Source: an uncultured delta proteobacterium (GTDB lineage Bacteria > Myxococcota_A > Polyangia > Polyangiales > Polyangiaceae). From it: a stretch of 32,000 nucleotides of DNA. The stretch is from the NCBI GenBank assembly GCA_963826085.1, contig CAWGVN010000001.1, positions 44,962-76,961 of the forward strand, in the 5' to 3' direction. The notes beneath the pieces were generated by a model, which did not search any database, was not told where the DNA came from, and saw only the letters and a program-made list of their open reading frames with translations. Positions 1 to 7,342 of this stretch are shown piece by piece. Numbering within the stretch: the first letter of the stretch is position 1; the number at the start of each line of letters is the position of its first letter. The position numbers were made by a program, and so were the translations under genes.

Positions 1-208
1 CGAGCCAGGCCCGGAGCAGGAGCTTGTTCACGTCCGCAAGCTCGACCGGACGCCCCAGCCGCTCGCGCAGGAAGCCCGACAGCTGAGCGAGATCCCGGCG
101 ATAGGCCTTCACGGTGTTCGGCGAAGCGCGCTTCTCGCTCTCCAGGTAGTCCACGAAGCGCTGGATGCTCCGGCCGAGGCCGTCCGTTTCAGGAGCCGCA
201 CCGCCCAC
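1..208 (-). CDS. Tyrosine recombinase, XerC/XerD family, N-terminal (SAM-like core-binding) part; the gene runs off the left edge
   Basis: Reverse-strand translation from a GTG at 208-206 gives VGGAAPETDGLGRSIQRFVDYLESEKRASPNTVKAYRRDLAQLSGFLRERLGRPVELADVNKLLLRAWL. This matches the N-terminal 'F..YL..E+..S.NT..AY.RDL..F' signature of Xer/phage-integrase recombinases. It is absent from the ORF track because no stop falls inside the window. Confidence 0.6.
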   Translation of the reverse strand, partial: MGGAAPETDGLGRSIQRFVDYLESEKRASPNTVKAYRRDLAQLSGFLRERLGRPVELADVNKLLLRAWL

Positions 209-218
209 GGCTTTCGTT

Positions 219-869
219 CTACGCCCTCCACACCGCAATAGTCCAACAAGCTGCACCGACGATCGTCAAGATCAGCCCGAGCCGCGCCTGCACCAGCACC
301 AATTGCCCGTCGCGCGTGACGCCGCGCAACGCCACCAGCGTGAGACCGCCAAGCGCCAGCAGGAAACCCAGCGAAAGCAGCACCACCCACATGGCCGCTG
401 GCGCGGTATCGCGCTGCAGCTCCGCCAGCGCGCGCTTGTCGATCTGCTGCTGCGCGGTCCCGCTTGCCGCGCCCGATGATGCCGCCTGCAGCCGCGCCAG
501 GTTCTGGTTCGCGCGCGCGAGCTCCGCGCGCTCCGGGATCCAGACGTGCCGGGTCTCCAGCGCAGCACCCCGCACAGCCTGCCAGGCCGTTCGGGCCGTC
601 TCCGCCTGTCCGCCGGCTTCGGCGCCCAGCGCGATGGCTTCAAGGCGCGCATAGGCCTCCGCGACGTGCGGCGCGCCCGGCGCATACAGCACGGCGGCGC
701 GCCGCGCGTGATCGATCGCCTGCCCGAGATCGCCACGGTTGAAGGCCCGGTCGCTCAGCTGCATCTCGCGGTTGCCGTCGATCACCGCGCGCGCGGTCAG
801 CGCCGCCACGGCCATCACGAACAACATCATCGCGAGCGCGACGCCCCGGAGCCAGCGCCCTGCCGTCAT
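219..869 (-). CDS. Hypothetical integral membrane protein (one N-terminal and two C-terminal TM helices, helical middle)
   Basis: Internal ATG (869-867) of track ORF 219..1310. It forms an ATGA start/stop overlap with the upstream permease gene (stop 868-866). The product begins MTAGRWLRGVALAMMLFVMAVAALTARA and ends with the hydrophobic stretches MWVVLLSLGFLLALGGLTLVAL and LGLILTIVGAACWTIAVW. The 147 codons upstream of this ATG overlap the permease gene and read as Arg/Gly-rich wrong-frame sequence. Confidence 0.6.
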   Translation of the reverse strand: MTAGRWLRGVALAMMLFVMAVAALTARAVIDGNREMQLSDRAFNRGDLGQAIDHARRAAVLYAPGAPHVAEAYARLEAIALGAEAGGQAETARTAWQAVRGAALETRHVWIPERAELARANQNLARLQAASSGAASGTAQQQIDKRALAELQRDTAPAAMWVVLLSLGFLLALGGLTLVALRGVTRDGQLVLVQARLGLILTIVGAACWTIAVWRA

Positions 870-1798
870 AGGAAATCGCGTCGGCGGAAGATCAGGCTCG
901 CCGCCGCCAGGAGCCCCACGCTCCAGGCAAGCGCCTGCCCCGCAGCAAGCGCCACATAGTGACCGAGCGTGGGTCCCGACGCGGCACCGGTGAGCAGCGG
1001 GCGCGGCGGCACGTACAGCATCAGGTTGGGCACGACCTTCGCCAGCACCACGCCCACGTGTTGGATGGCGTGCCCGAATACGCGCGACGGCAGGTGTGCC
1101 AGCGTGTCGGCCGAGCGCCCGACGAGAAACACGCCGAACGTCAGCACCGCAGTAAGGAACGGCGACGAGAACGACGAGAACAGAGTCGCGATCGCCGCAA
1201 CGATGGCCACCTCGCACAGCGTGAGCAGCGCCGAGCCGAGCACGACCCGGCGGTCGTCGGGTGCATTGGCCGCGAGCCACCAGCCGGCAAGCGACAGCGC
1301 GATGACCCACGGGATGGGCAGGTAGCTGCGCCAGCGCGGAACCCGCCAGCCGATCAGCCCCACGGCGGCCACGCTGCCCAGAGCCAGGCCCAGAACGAGC
1401 GCAAGGGAACGCCCCGACAGCACGCCCAGCGCCAGCAGCAGCGCGGCCGAGTTGGCGGCGATGAACACGAAGAGTGTGAGCAGAGTGCCCACGTATTTGC
1501 CGGTCAGGTACTCCCCACGGCCGATCGGGCGCGCCAGGATCGGAAACACGGTTTTCAGCTCGAGCTCGCGGTACAGCGAAGTACCGCCCAGCACGACCGC
1601 GACGATGATCCCGTAGATCGAGATCGAGGCGGAGCCGATATCGCTGACGGCACGCATGGTATTGCGGACCGCGAACGCTCCGACAACCAGCGCGTAGCCG
1701 AGCGTGCCAATCGCCAGCCCCAGCAGCCCGTGGAGCACACGGGCGCGCACCGCTTCGCGGTAGGTATTGAGCATGACAGCGCTGACGCGCGCCAACAT
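866..1798 (-). CDS. ABC-2 type (NosY/GldF-like) transporter permease
   Basis: 310-aa polytopic hydrophobic ORF with about six TM segments. It has the typical N-terminus MLNTYREAVRARVLHGLLGL and the segment YRELELKTVFPILARPIGRGEYLTGKYVG seen in ABC-2 permeases. No ATPase partner gene lies in the window. Confidence 0.75.
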   Translation of the reverse strand: MLARVSAVMLNTYREAVRARVLHGLLGLAIGTLGYALVVGAFAVRNTMRAVSDIGSASISIYGIIVAVVLGGTSLYRELELKTVFPILARPIGRGEYLTGKYVGTLLTLFVFIAANSAALLLALGVLSGRSLALVLGLALGSVAAVGLIGWRVPRWRSYLPIPWVIALSLAGWWLAANAPDDRRVVLGSALLTLCEVAIVAAIATLFSSFSSPFLTAVLTFGVFLVGRSADTLAHLPSRVFGHAIQHVGVVLAKVVPNLMLYVPPRPLLTGAASGPTLGHYVALAAGQALAWSVGLLAAASLIFRRRDFL

Positions 1799-1921
1799 GG
1801 CTCCCTCAATACCTCAACCTGGCGGGTGATACGACCTTCGGAACGGACGAAAGCAGGTCAGAACGCGCGCCGGCGAAGCGACGGCGAGCCCGCGCCGGGC
1901 AAAGCGAGGCGCGTCGGGGGT

Positions 1922-1942
1922 CCGGGGGCGGCGAGCCCCCGG
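1922..1942 (-). terminator. GC hairpin downstream of the SRPBCC gene (possible U-tract-less terminator)
   Basis: ccggggg (1922-1928), 7-nt loop cggcgag, cccccgg (1936-1942). This perfect 7-bp stem lies about 35 nt past the stop at 1977. No T/U run follows it. Confidence 0.25.
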
Positions 1943-1956
1943 CGGAGGATTCCGGT

Positions 1957-1973
1957 GGGGGTGGGCGGGCGGG
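1957..1973 (+). other. Canonical G-quadruplex motif with three 1-nt loops
   Basis: gggggtgggcgggcggg: G5-T-G3-C-G3-C-G3 on the + strand, which is the template strand for the flanking minus-strand genes. It starts 4 nt beyond the SRPBCC stop codon. Confidence 0.4.
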
Positions 1974-1976
1974 ATG

Positions 1977-2669
1977 TCAACGATTGGCGTAGGCGCGGGG
2001 CTCGATGAAGGCGCGGATGCGCCCCGGCGTGCCCAGGATCGCGTTCTGGATGCGCCCCTCGAACAGCATCCGCGCCAGCCCCGGCCCGAGGTCCAACGCC
2101 ACCGCGACGGTGACCAGGCTGCGCTCGGCGTCGAACGGCTCCACCCGGAAGTAGCCCCACACGTCCTCGATTCCGTGTGGACGGCTCCGGTCGAGCCAGA
2201 AGCGCAGCTCCGACTCCCCCTCGATCCGCCGCGCCCGGACGGTGTAGCTCGCGCTCACCAGACCGTTGCCTTGAGTCAGCTCGATGCGCACGTCGCGCCC
2301 TACCCTGCCGACGCGCCGGGCGCGCTTGGTGTGCGGCAGCATGAACGGCAGCTGGTTCACATCCTCGAGCGCCGAGATCACGGCGCGCGGCGACGCGCGT
2401 ACCAGCTGGTACGACACGCCGCCGACGTAGCGCGCCGAGCGACGATCGAACACGAACGGACGTGCGACGGTCGAGCCGCCGAGCAGCGCGCGTCGCTCCG
2501 CGCGGGTCAGCACGTCGGCGCGCGGAGCTACGCGCAGCAGAGTCGTGCGGCGCGCGGGCGGGCGCTCCAGCACGCGGAACGCCTGCGCGTGCGCGGCGAC
2601 CGGCATCGCCATCGCGGCGACCCAGGCCGAAATGCCAAGCAGCAGGTCTCTGACCCCCTTGCCACGCAC
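1977..2669 (-). CDS. Secreted SRPBCC/START-like (polyketide cyclase/dehydrase fold) protein
   Basis: Track ORF 1977..2738 opens at a TTG. I prefer the GTG at 2669-2667, which gives a clean signal peptide (M)RGKGVRDLLLGISAWVAAMAMPVAAHA/QA. The mature part (VISALEDVNQLPFMLPH, VRIELTQGNGLVSASYTVR, ELRFWLDRSRPHGIEDVWGYFRVEP, SLVTVAVALDLG) has the alternating beta pattern and length of SRPBCC proteins. Confidence 0.55.
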   Translation of the reverse strand: MRGKGVRDLLLGISAWVAAMAMPVAAHAQAFRVLERPPARRTTLLRVAPRADVLTRAERRALLGGSTVARPFVFDRRSARYVGGVSYQLVRASPRAVISALEDVNQLPFMLPHTKRARRVGRVGRDVRIELTQGNGLVSASYTVRARRIEGESELRFWLDRSRPHGIEDVWGYFRVEPFDAERSLVTVAVALDLGPGLARMLFEGRIQNAILGTPGRIRAFIEPRAYANR

Positions 2670-2753
2670 GCCGGCGAGGATACCAGCTCCGGACTCCGAT
2701 TCGCACGCCCGGAGTGCGCGTCCGTCAGCGCGCAGCAATATCGGACAGATACG

Positions 2754-4928
2754 TCACGGATCCGCAACGAACACGTCCAGCATCCACGACCCCTGGGCGC
2801 CGGCGTAGCCGTCGATCTGCACGTAGTAGTCACCCGGATCGAGCGTCAGGTCGAGGTAGCTGCGATCGCCGACGTAGCCGGCAGCGCAACCCTGGGTGAC
2901 CTCCTGGCCCGGACACGACGGCCCGCGCCGCACGTCGAGCAGCGTGTTGTAGCTGCTGCCTTTCATGTCGAAGATGACGCGCTGCTGCTTGGCAAGCGAG
3001 AGGTGCAGCATCTGGTCCGGCGCGCCGCCGGGAGGCTGGGCTCCCAGGTCGCACCCGGCCTCGTAGTCGGCATTGGCGTTCGCCGTCGTGCCCTGGAAGC
3101 GGCCGCCGCCCGGCGGAATTTCCACGGCCTCGGCGCAGGTATCGGCAAAGGGCACGAACACGGGCGGCGCCGCCGGGCGCGTGAAAGCGGTGAGCTGGGT
3201 GGGCGTCGCTCCGACGGACTCGACCACGGCGCGGTAGCTGCCCGGCGCCACGCCGTACGTTGCCGCGCGATTCGGGCTGCTACCCGACGTGCCGCAGGAC
3301 AGCACGTCCCCCGGCGCGCAAGGCGCCTTGTCGAGCCCCACCCCGCCGGTATCGCCGTTGGAGATGCGCTCGACGAGCAGCACGTCGGACTTCTGCGCCA
3401 GGTCGAGCGTGTAGGCGGCATCCGGCGCGCCTGTCACGCAGCCGAGCTGGATGTCGTCCGTGTGCGCGAGCAGCGGCACGTCGACGGTCTTTCCCGGGGT
3501 CAGCGCAGGCGAGCCGCTACAGGTCTCGTCGGCCGGCGGTGTGGTGGCGGCAGAGAGCTGCAGCACGAGGTCGATCACGGTGGGGGCGTCCGCGCTGACG
3601 GCGACGTAGTAGTCGCCCGCCGGCAGCGCACGCTCGAACAGATCCACGGCGGAACCCACACGGCACGTCAGCTCGTCCGTCTTGCCGGAACACGCCGCGT
3701 CGCGCAGCGACAGCGACGGCCGCCCGTAGCCGTCGAGCGAGCTGGCGTACAGGTGCACATCCTGCGGAGCGGACAACGTGAACGTGTAGACCAGCTCGCC
3801 GAGCGTTGCGTCGCAGTCGCTCGGTACGTCCTCGGTCGCGTCGATGACCGGAACCTGCACGTGCACACCGTCGGTGAGCGGGGCCGCCGTGCCGCAGGTC
3901 TCGTTCGTGGGCGCGGGGGACGCCGGCAGGAACTCGACCGCCAGCTGCACCTCCTGGGAGCCGTCGCCAAAGACATACAGCGGGTAGTTCCCGCTCGAAA
4001 GCGAGTGCAAGCGGATCCGGGCGATGGTGCCGCCCGCTGGCGCCGTAACGCTGGCCTCGCAGCCGATCTCGCTCGACGGATCGCCGCACTGCGTGGCCGA
4101 GGCGAGGGCCAGCTGACCCGATGCGGTGGTGGCGGTGATGTCGACGTCCACGGCGGGCCCGGAGGGGACCTCGATCGCCGCGACGACGTCGCGCCACGTC
4201 CCTCCACTGCCGGCACAGCTCGCCGCGTAATCGCTCGAAGCGGCGACCAGCGACATCGAGTAGTTGCCGGACGCCTTGATCACGAGCGGATCCACGCAGG
4301 TGTCGTGCTGTGGCGAGCTGCACGGCTTCTCGTCCACCTTGCCGTTGCAGTTGTCGTCGATTCCGTTGCCGCAGATCTCCGGGCTCTTGCTGGAAACGAG
4401 CGGGTCGTTGTCGTTGCAGTCGCCGCCGCCGGGGCAGTTCCACGGCGGGTCGCCGTCGCCGTCGGCGTCGCGGGGCGTGTGCTCGCAGCTCCTGGTAGCC
4501 TCGACGCAGCGATCCACCGTGCAGGTGTTGTCGTCGGAGCACGACACGGGCGGGCCCGCGATGCAGCCGAGCTTGAGATCGCATATCTCGGCGCCGTCGC
4601 AGTAGACGCCGTTGTCGCACGCAGCATCGTTCGCCGTCGAACGACATCGGCCGAGCTTCGGGTCGCACTTGTCCACCGTGCAGTCGATGCCGTCGTCGCA
4701 CTGCGAGTCGTCCAGGCACGGCCCACCGAGCGACGAAGCGTCGCCGCCCGCATCCGCCCCGCCGGGGCCGCTATCGGCGGCGTCGGAAGCGCCCGAGTCA
4801 CCGATGAAGGGGTTCGGTGCCGTCGATCCATTGCATCCGATCAGCAGCAGCACCGCGAACAGGGCGGCCCACGCCGGCAGGGCTGCTGCCGCGCGACGGA
4901 TGTTCCGGCAAAGGATGGGTGCTCCCAT
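2754..4928 (-). CDS. Lipoprotein with N-terminal cysteine-rich repeats (Myxococcus-type and MopE-like metal-binding motif) and four tandem PPC-like beta-sandwich modules
   Basis: ATG at 4928 (the track ORF opens 2 codons earlier at a TTG). Lipobox LLLIGC. Cys-rich block: CLDDSQCDDGIDCTVDKCDPKLGRCRS, CDNGVYCDGAEIC, CSDDNTCTVDRC, then DADGDGDPPWNCPGGGDCNDNDPLVSSKSPEICGNGIDDNCNGKVDE. Four repeats of about 130 aa follow, each opening with (D/E)TC..(A/P) and closing with GNYPLYVFGD, GDYYVAVSAD, GSYRAVVES or GDYYVQIDGY. Confidence 0.8.
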   Translation of the reverse strand: MGAPILCRNIRRAAAALPAWAALFAVLLLIGCNGSTAPNPFIGDSGASDAADSGPGGADAGGDASSLGGPCLDDSQCDDGIDCTVDKCDPKLGRCRSTANDAACDNGVYCDGAEICDLKLGCIAGPPVSCSDDNTCTVDRCVEATRSCEHTPRDADGDGDPPWNCPGGGDCNDNDPLVSSKSPEICGNGIDDNCNGKVDEKPCSSPQHDTCVDPLVIKASGNYSMSLVAASSDYAASCAGSGGTWRDVVAAIEVPSGPAVDVDITATTASGQLALASATQCGDPSSEIGCEASVTAPAGGTIARIRLHSLSSGNYPLYVFGDGSQEVQLAVEFLPASPAPTNETCGTAAPLTDGVHVQVPVIDATEDVPSDCDATLGELVYTFTLSAPQDVHLYASSLDGYGRPSLSLRDAACSGKTDELTCRVGSAVDLFERALPAGDYYVAVSADAPTVIDLVLQLSAATTPPADETCSGSPALTPGKTVDVPLLAHTDDIQLGCVTGAPDAAYTLDLAQKSDVLLVERISNGDTGGVGLDKAPCAPGDVLSCGTSGSSPNRAATYGVAPGSYRAVVESVGATPTQLTAFTRPAAPPVFVPFADTCAEAVEIPPGGGRFQGTTANANADYEAGCDLGAQPPGGAPDQMLHLSLAKQQRVIFDMKGSSYNTLLDVRRGPSCPGQEVTQGCAAGYVGDRSYLDLTLDPGDYYVQIDGYAGAQGSWMLDVFVADP

Positions 4929-5093
4929 GTTCAAGCGGCCCTAGCCTAGCGGGCCCACCGCGCCGGGGCGACAGCCGCACGAAAACGCCCCGGCCACGGC
5001 CTTCTGCGCTCGGCGCGGTGGCTCGTGCAGCGATTTTTCCGGCCCGCAGGCACGCGTAGCGGTGGCGCGGGAGGCATGGCATGATGCTGCGGC

Positions 5094-6467
5094 GTGTCGA
5101 ACGAACGCCTGACCCGGCAGGAGCTGAGCTGGCTGCTTGCGCAGGAAGCGCGAGGCGCGGCCAAGAAGCTGCGCCAGGGCGTCAGCCAGCTCAAGCAACC
5201 CGGCCCGGCCATCACGACCACGCAGCCGGTCGAGACCACGCTCGACACGCTGGACGAGGCCATCAGCAAGCTGAGCGAGCTGCAGAGCGGCGCCGGCAAG
5301 GCCGCTCGCCGCGGCCGGATCGATCTGGCCGCGCTGCTTTACGACCTCGCCCCCGGTGCACGCATCGCGATCGAGCCCGGTGCCGGCACGGAGGTGTTCG
5401 GCGAGGAGTCGGAGCTCCGGCGCATGCTGCACGTGCTCGTCAACCAGACCAACAGCAACCCGGCGGTGCCCAGCACCAGCTCTTCGCCCGAGGTGCGCAT
5501 CCGGCGCCAGGATCAGTGGGTGCGCATCAGCGTGGATCTCGGGCCCGACAGCTCGGCAACTGCCGAGCTCGAAAGGCGTTGGCTGAGTCGCATGGCGACC
5601 AGACACGGTGGTCGTCTGGAGCTGGAAGGCGGGACGCAGTCCGTGCTGCTGCCCGCCGACGGCGCCAGCGATCAGCGTGAAGTCGTGGAGCTCAAGAAGG
5701 AGCTCGAGCAGGCGCAGCAGCTCGGCGAGGCCTACGCCCGGGAGCTGGCAGCAGCGTTCGCTGCCATCCCGCCCTCGGATCTCCCGCCTCCCAACGAAAC
5801 GCGTGACAGCACCGAGCAGCGTTTCGAGCTGCTCGTGTCGACGGCGACCGCGCTGTCCCGCGGGATGCGCGAGATGCTCGAGGGCCTGCGCGCCGACGCT
5901 GCGACGGCGAGCGAAGAGCTCGGCGAGGACTCCCCGCTGGCCGAGCGCCTGTCGCGCCGCGTGACGGCCGCGTTCGAGCTCTCGCGCGAGCTGTCGCGGA
6001 TCGCGGAATGCCCACTCGACGAGCGCCCGGCGGCACTCGACGCGTGCCAGGTCGCGCGCGACGCCATCGCGGAGACGACGACGCTTGCCGCACGCCACGA
6101 AGTGGAGCTGGTGCTGGACGCCCCCGGGAAGCTCGAGCTCCCGCTCCGGCGAGCCTGCTTCGAGCTCTTCTTGCGCACGTTGCTCGATCACGCCGTGGCG
6201 GCTACTCCGCATGGCGGCCGGGTCCTGGTGCAGCTCGCCGGGGGCGGCGCCGGCATGCAGCTGGTCGTGCAGGACGGCGGGCCGCCCATCCCCGATGTTT
6301 CCCGGCAGGGCGTGCTCGCGCACCGGGTGGACCCCGCCTCCCTGGGTCGCCCGGGCGGCATCTCCCTGCTTGCGGCGTCCGTACTGGCCAGCTACCAGGG
6401 CAGCAGCCTGGCCCTGGCGGAGAGCCCGGACGGTCACACCGAGGTCCGGGCGCTGTTCGGCGGGTGA
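5094..6467 (+). CDS. Histidine-kinase-like protein with two tandem degenerate HATPase_c-like modules and no recognisable H-box (putative pseudo-kinase)
   Basis: GTG start, no TM segment. Module 1: RRMLHVLVNQTNSN (N-box-like), VDLGPD (G1-like), HGGRLELEGG. Module 2: FELFLRTLLDHAVAAT, VVQDGGPPIP, GRPGGISLLAASVLA. Each module is preceded by a coiled helical segment. I found no H-E-L-R-x-P type phosphoacceptor motif. Confidence 0.7.
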   Translation: MSNERLTRQELSWLLAQEARGAAKKLRQGVSQLKQPGPAITTTQPVETTLDTLDEAISKLSELQSGAGKAARRGRIDLAALLYDLAPGARIAIEPGAGTEVFGEESELRRMLHVLVNQTNSNPAVPSTSSSPEVRIRRQDQWVRISVDLGPDSSATAELERRWLSRMATRHGGRLELEGGTQSVLLPADGASDQREVVELKKELEQAQQLGEAYARELAAAFAAIPPSDLPPPNETRDSTEQRFELLVSTATALSRGMREMLEGLRADAATASEELGEDSPLAERLSRRVTAAFELSRELSRIAECPLDERPAALDACQVARDAIAETTTLAARHEVELVLDAPGKLELPLRRACFELFLRTLLDHAVAATPHGGRVLVQLAGGGAGMQLVVQDGGPPIPDVSRQGVLAHRVDPASLGRPGGISLLAASVLASYQGSSLALAESPDGHTEVRALFGG

Positions 6468-6534
6468 TCCGAATATCCGCCCGGCGTTCGGGTTTCCAGC
6501 GACGCGCGCCCGATCTGGGTTAATATCCTGCGAC

Positions 6535-6915
6535 ATGCGCATTCTCGTCGTCGAGGACCAGGACTCGATCCGCCGCATGATCGAGGCGCTGGTCCACGCC
6601 CGCGGATACGAGGTGGAGGCGGTGGCATCCGGCACCAAGGCCATCGACGTCGCGATGATTCGCCCGCCGGATCTGGTGCTGCTCGATCTGATGCTGCCCG
6701 GCCAGTACGACGGGTTCGAGGTGTGCCGCCGGCTGCGCACCGATCCGGGCACGAAAAACGTCCCGGTCGTCATCATCAGCGCTCTGGACGACGCCGATTC
6801 CCGCGCGCGCGCGAGCCAGGCCGGCGCTACCGCGTACTACACCAAGCCGTTCAGCCCGATCGCGCTGCTCAAGGAGATTGACCGACTGAAAGCGCTGGGC
6901 GAAGGCGGCGGCTGA
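6535..6915 (+). CDS. Single-domain CheY-like response regulator
   Basis: Internal ATG of track ORF 6085..6915. The product starts MRILVVEDQDSIRRMIEALV and carries all receiver signature residues: ED near the N-terminus, phosphoacceptor Asp in LVLLDLMLP, Ser in VVIISA, Lys in YYTKPF. It starts 68 nt downstream of the kinase-like gene. Confidence 0.9.
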   Translation: MRILVVEDQDSIRRMIEALVHARGYEVEAVASGTKAIDVAMIRPPDLVLLDLMLPGQYDGFEVCRRLRTDPGTKNVPVVIISALDDADSRARASQAGATAYYTKPFSPIALLKEIDRLKALGEGGG

Positions 6916-6925
6916 CCGCGCTCGT

Positions 6926-7312
6926 CTACTCCTGCATATTGAGGAAGCTCTTCGCGCGCTGCTCGGCGGCGGCGATCAGGCCCTTGGCCTCGGTGGCTGG
7001 GATGTTGAGCCGGTGACAGAGCCGCTCGATGAGCGCCTTCTCCGTCTCGTGCTGCTCGCCGTCGATAAAGGTCAGGAGCACGGCATGTTGCAGTAGCACA
7101 CGACGATCATCGAAACTGAGGTCGGTCAGCGGGATGTCCTCGAGCTTCTTCGGCGTGGCGGCGTACTGGCGGACCTCCTGCGCTTCGCTGGGCGTCGCAT
7201 TGAACGCCGACAGCAGCGCCTCGATGACTTCCTTCTCCTCTTCAGCGACGTGACCGTCGGCCCAGGCCACGCTCACGAGTCCCTTGAGGATCGCCATGTT
7301 CTGGTCATGCAT
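6926..7312 (-). CDS. TerB-like (tellurite-resistance TerB / DjlA N-domain fold) protein
   Basis: 128-aa acidic helical protein with the TerB-type motif ILKGLVSVAWADGHVAEEEKEVIEALL and a second half-repeat LLQHAVLLTFIDGEQHETEKALIERL. Confidence 0.75.
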   Translation of the reverse strand: MHDQNMAILKGLVSVAWADGHVAEEEKEVIEALLSAFNATPSEAQEVRQYAATPKKLEDIPLTDLSFDDRRVLLQHAVLLTFIDGEQHETEKALIERLCHRLNIPATEAKGLIAAAEQRAKSFLNMQE

Positions 7313-7342
7313 GGCCGGAGAATCGCATACCCGTGCGCGGCG

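Noticed and set aside
1-208. Xer-like recombinase as a marker of an integrated mobile element
   Set aside because: No flanking direct or inverted repeats, tRNA gene, phage or transposase genes, or compositional shift is visible inside the window. A housekeeping XerC/D is the simpler reading, though the left flank is unseen.
1974-4949. 991-aa + strand ORF
   Set aside because: It is antisense to the well-supported lipoprotein gene. The product is Arg/Ala/Gly-rich with no motifs. Long open antisense frames are expected when the sense strand has GC3-saturated codons.
4941-6776. 611-aa minus-strand ORF
   Set aside because: It is antisense to the kinase-like and response-regulator genes, has no recognisable motifs, and runs through the divergent promoter region.
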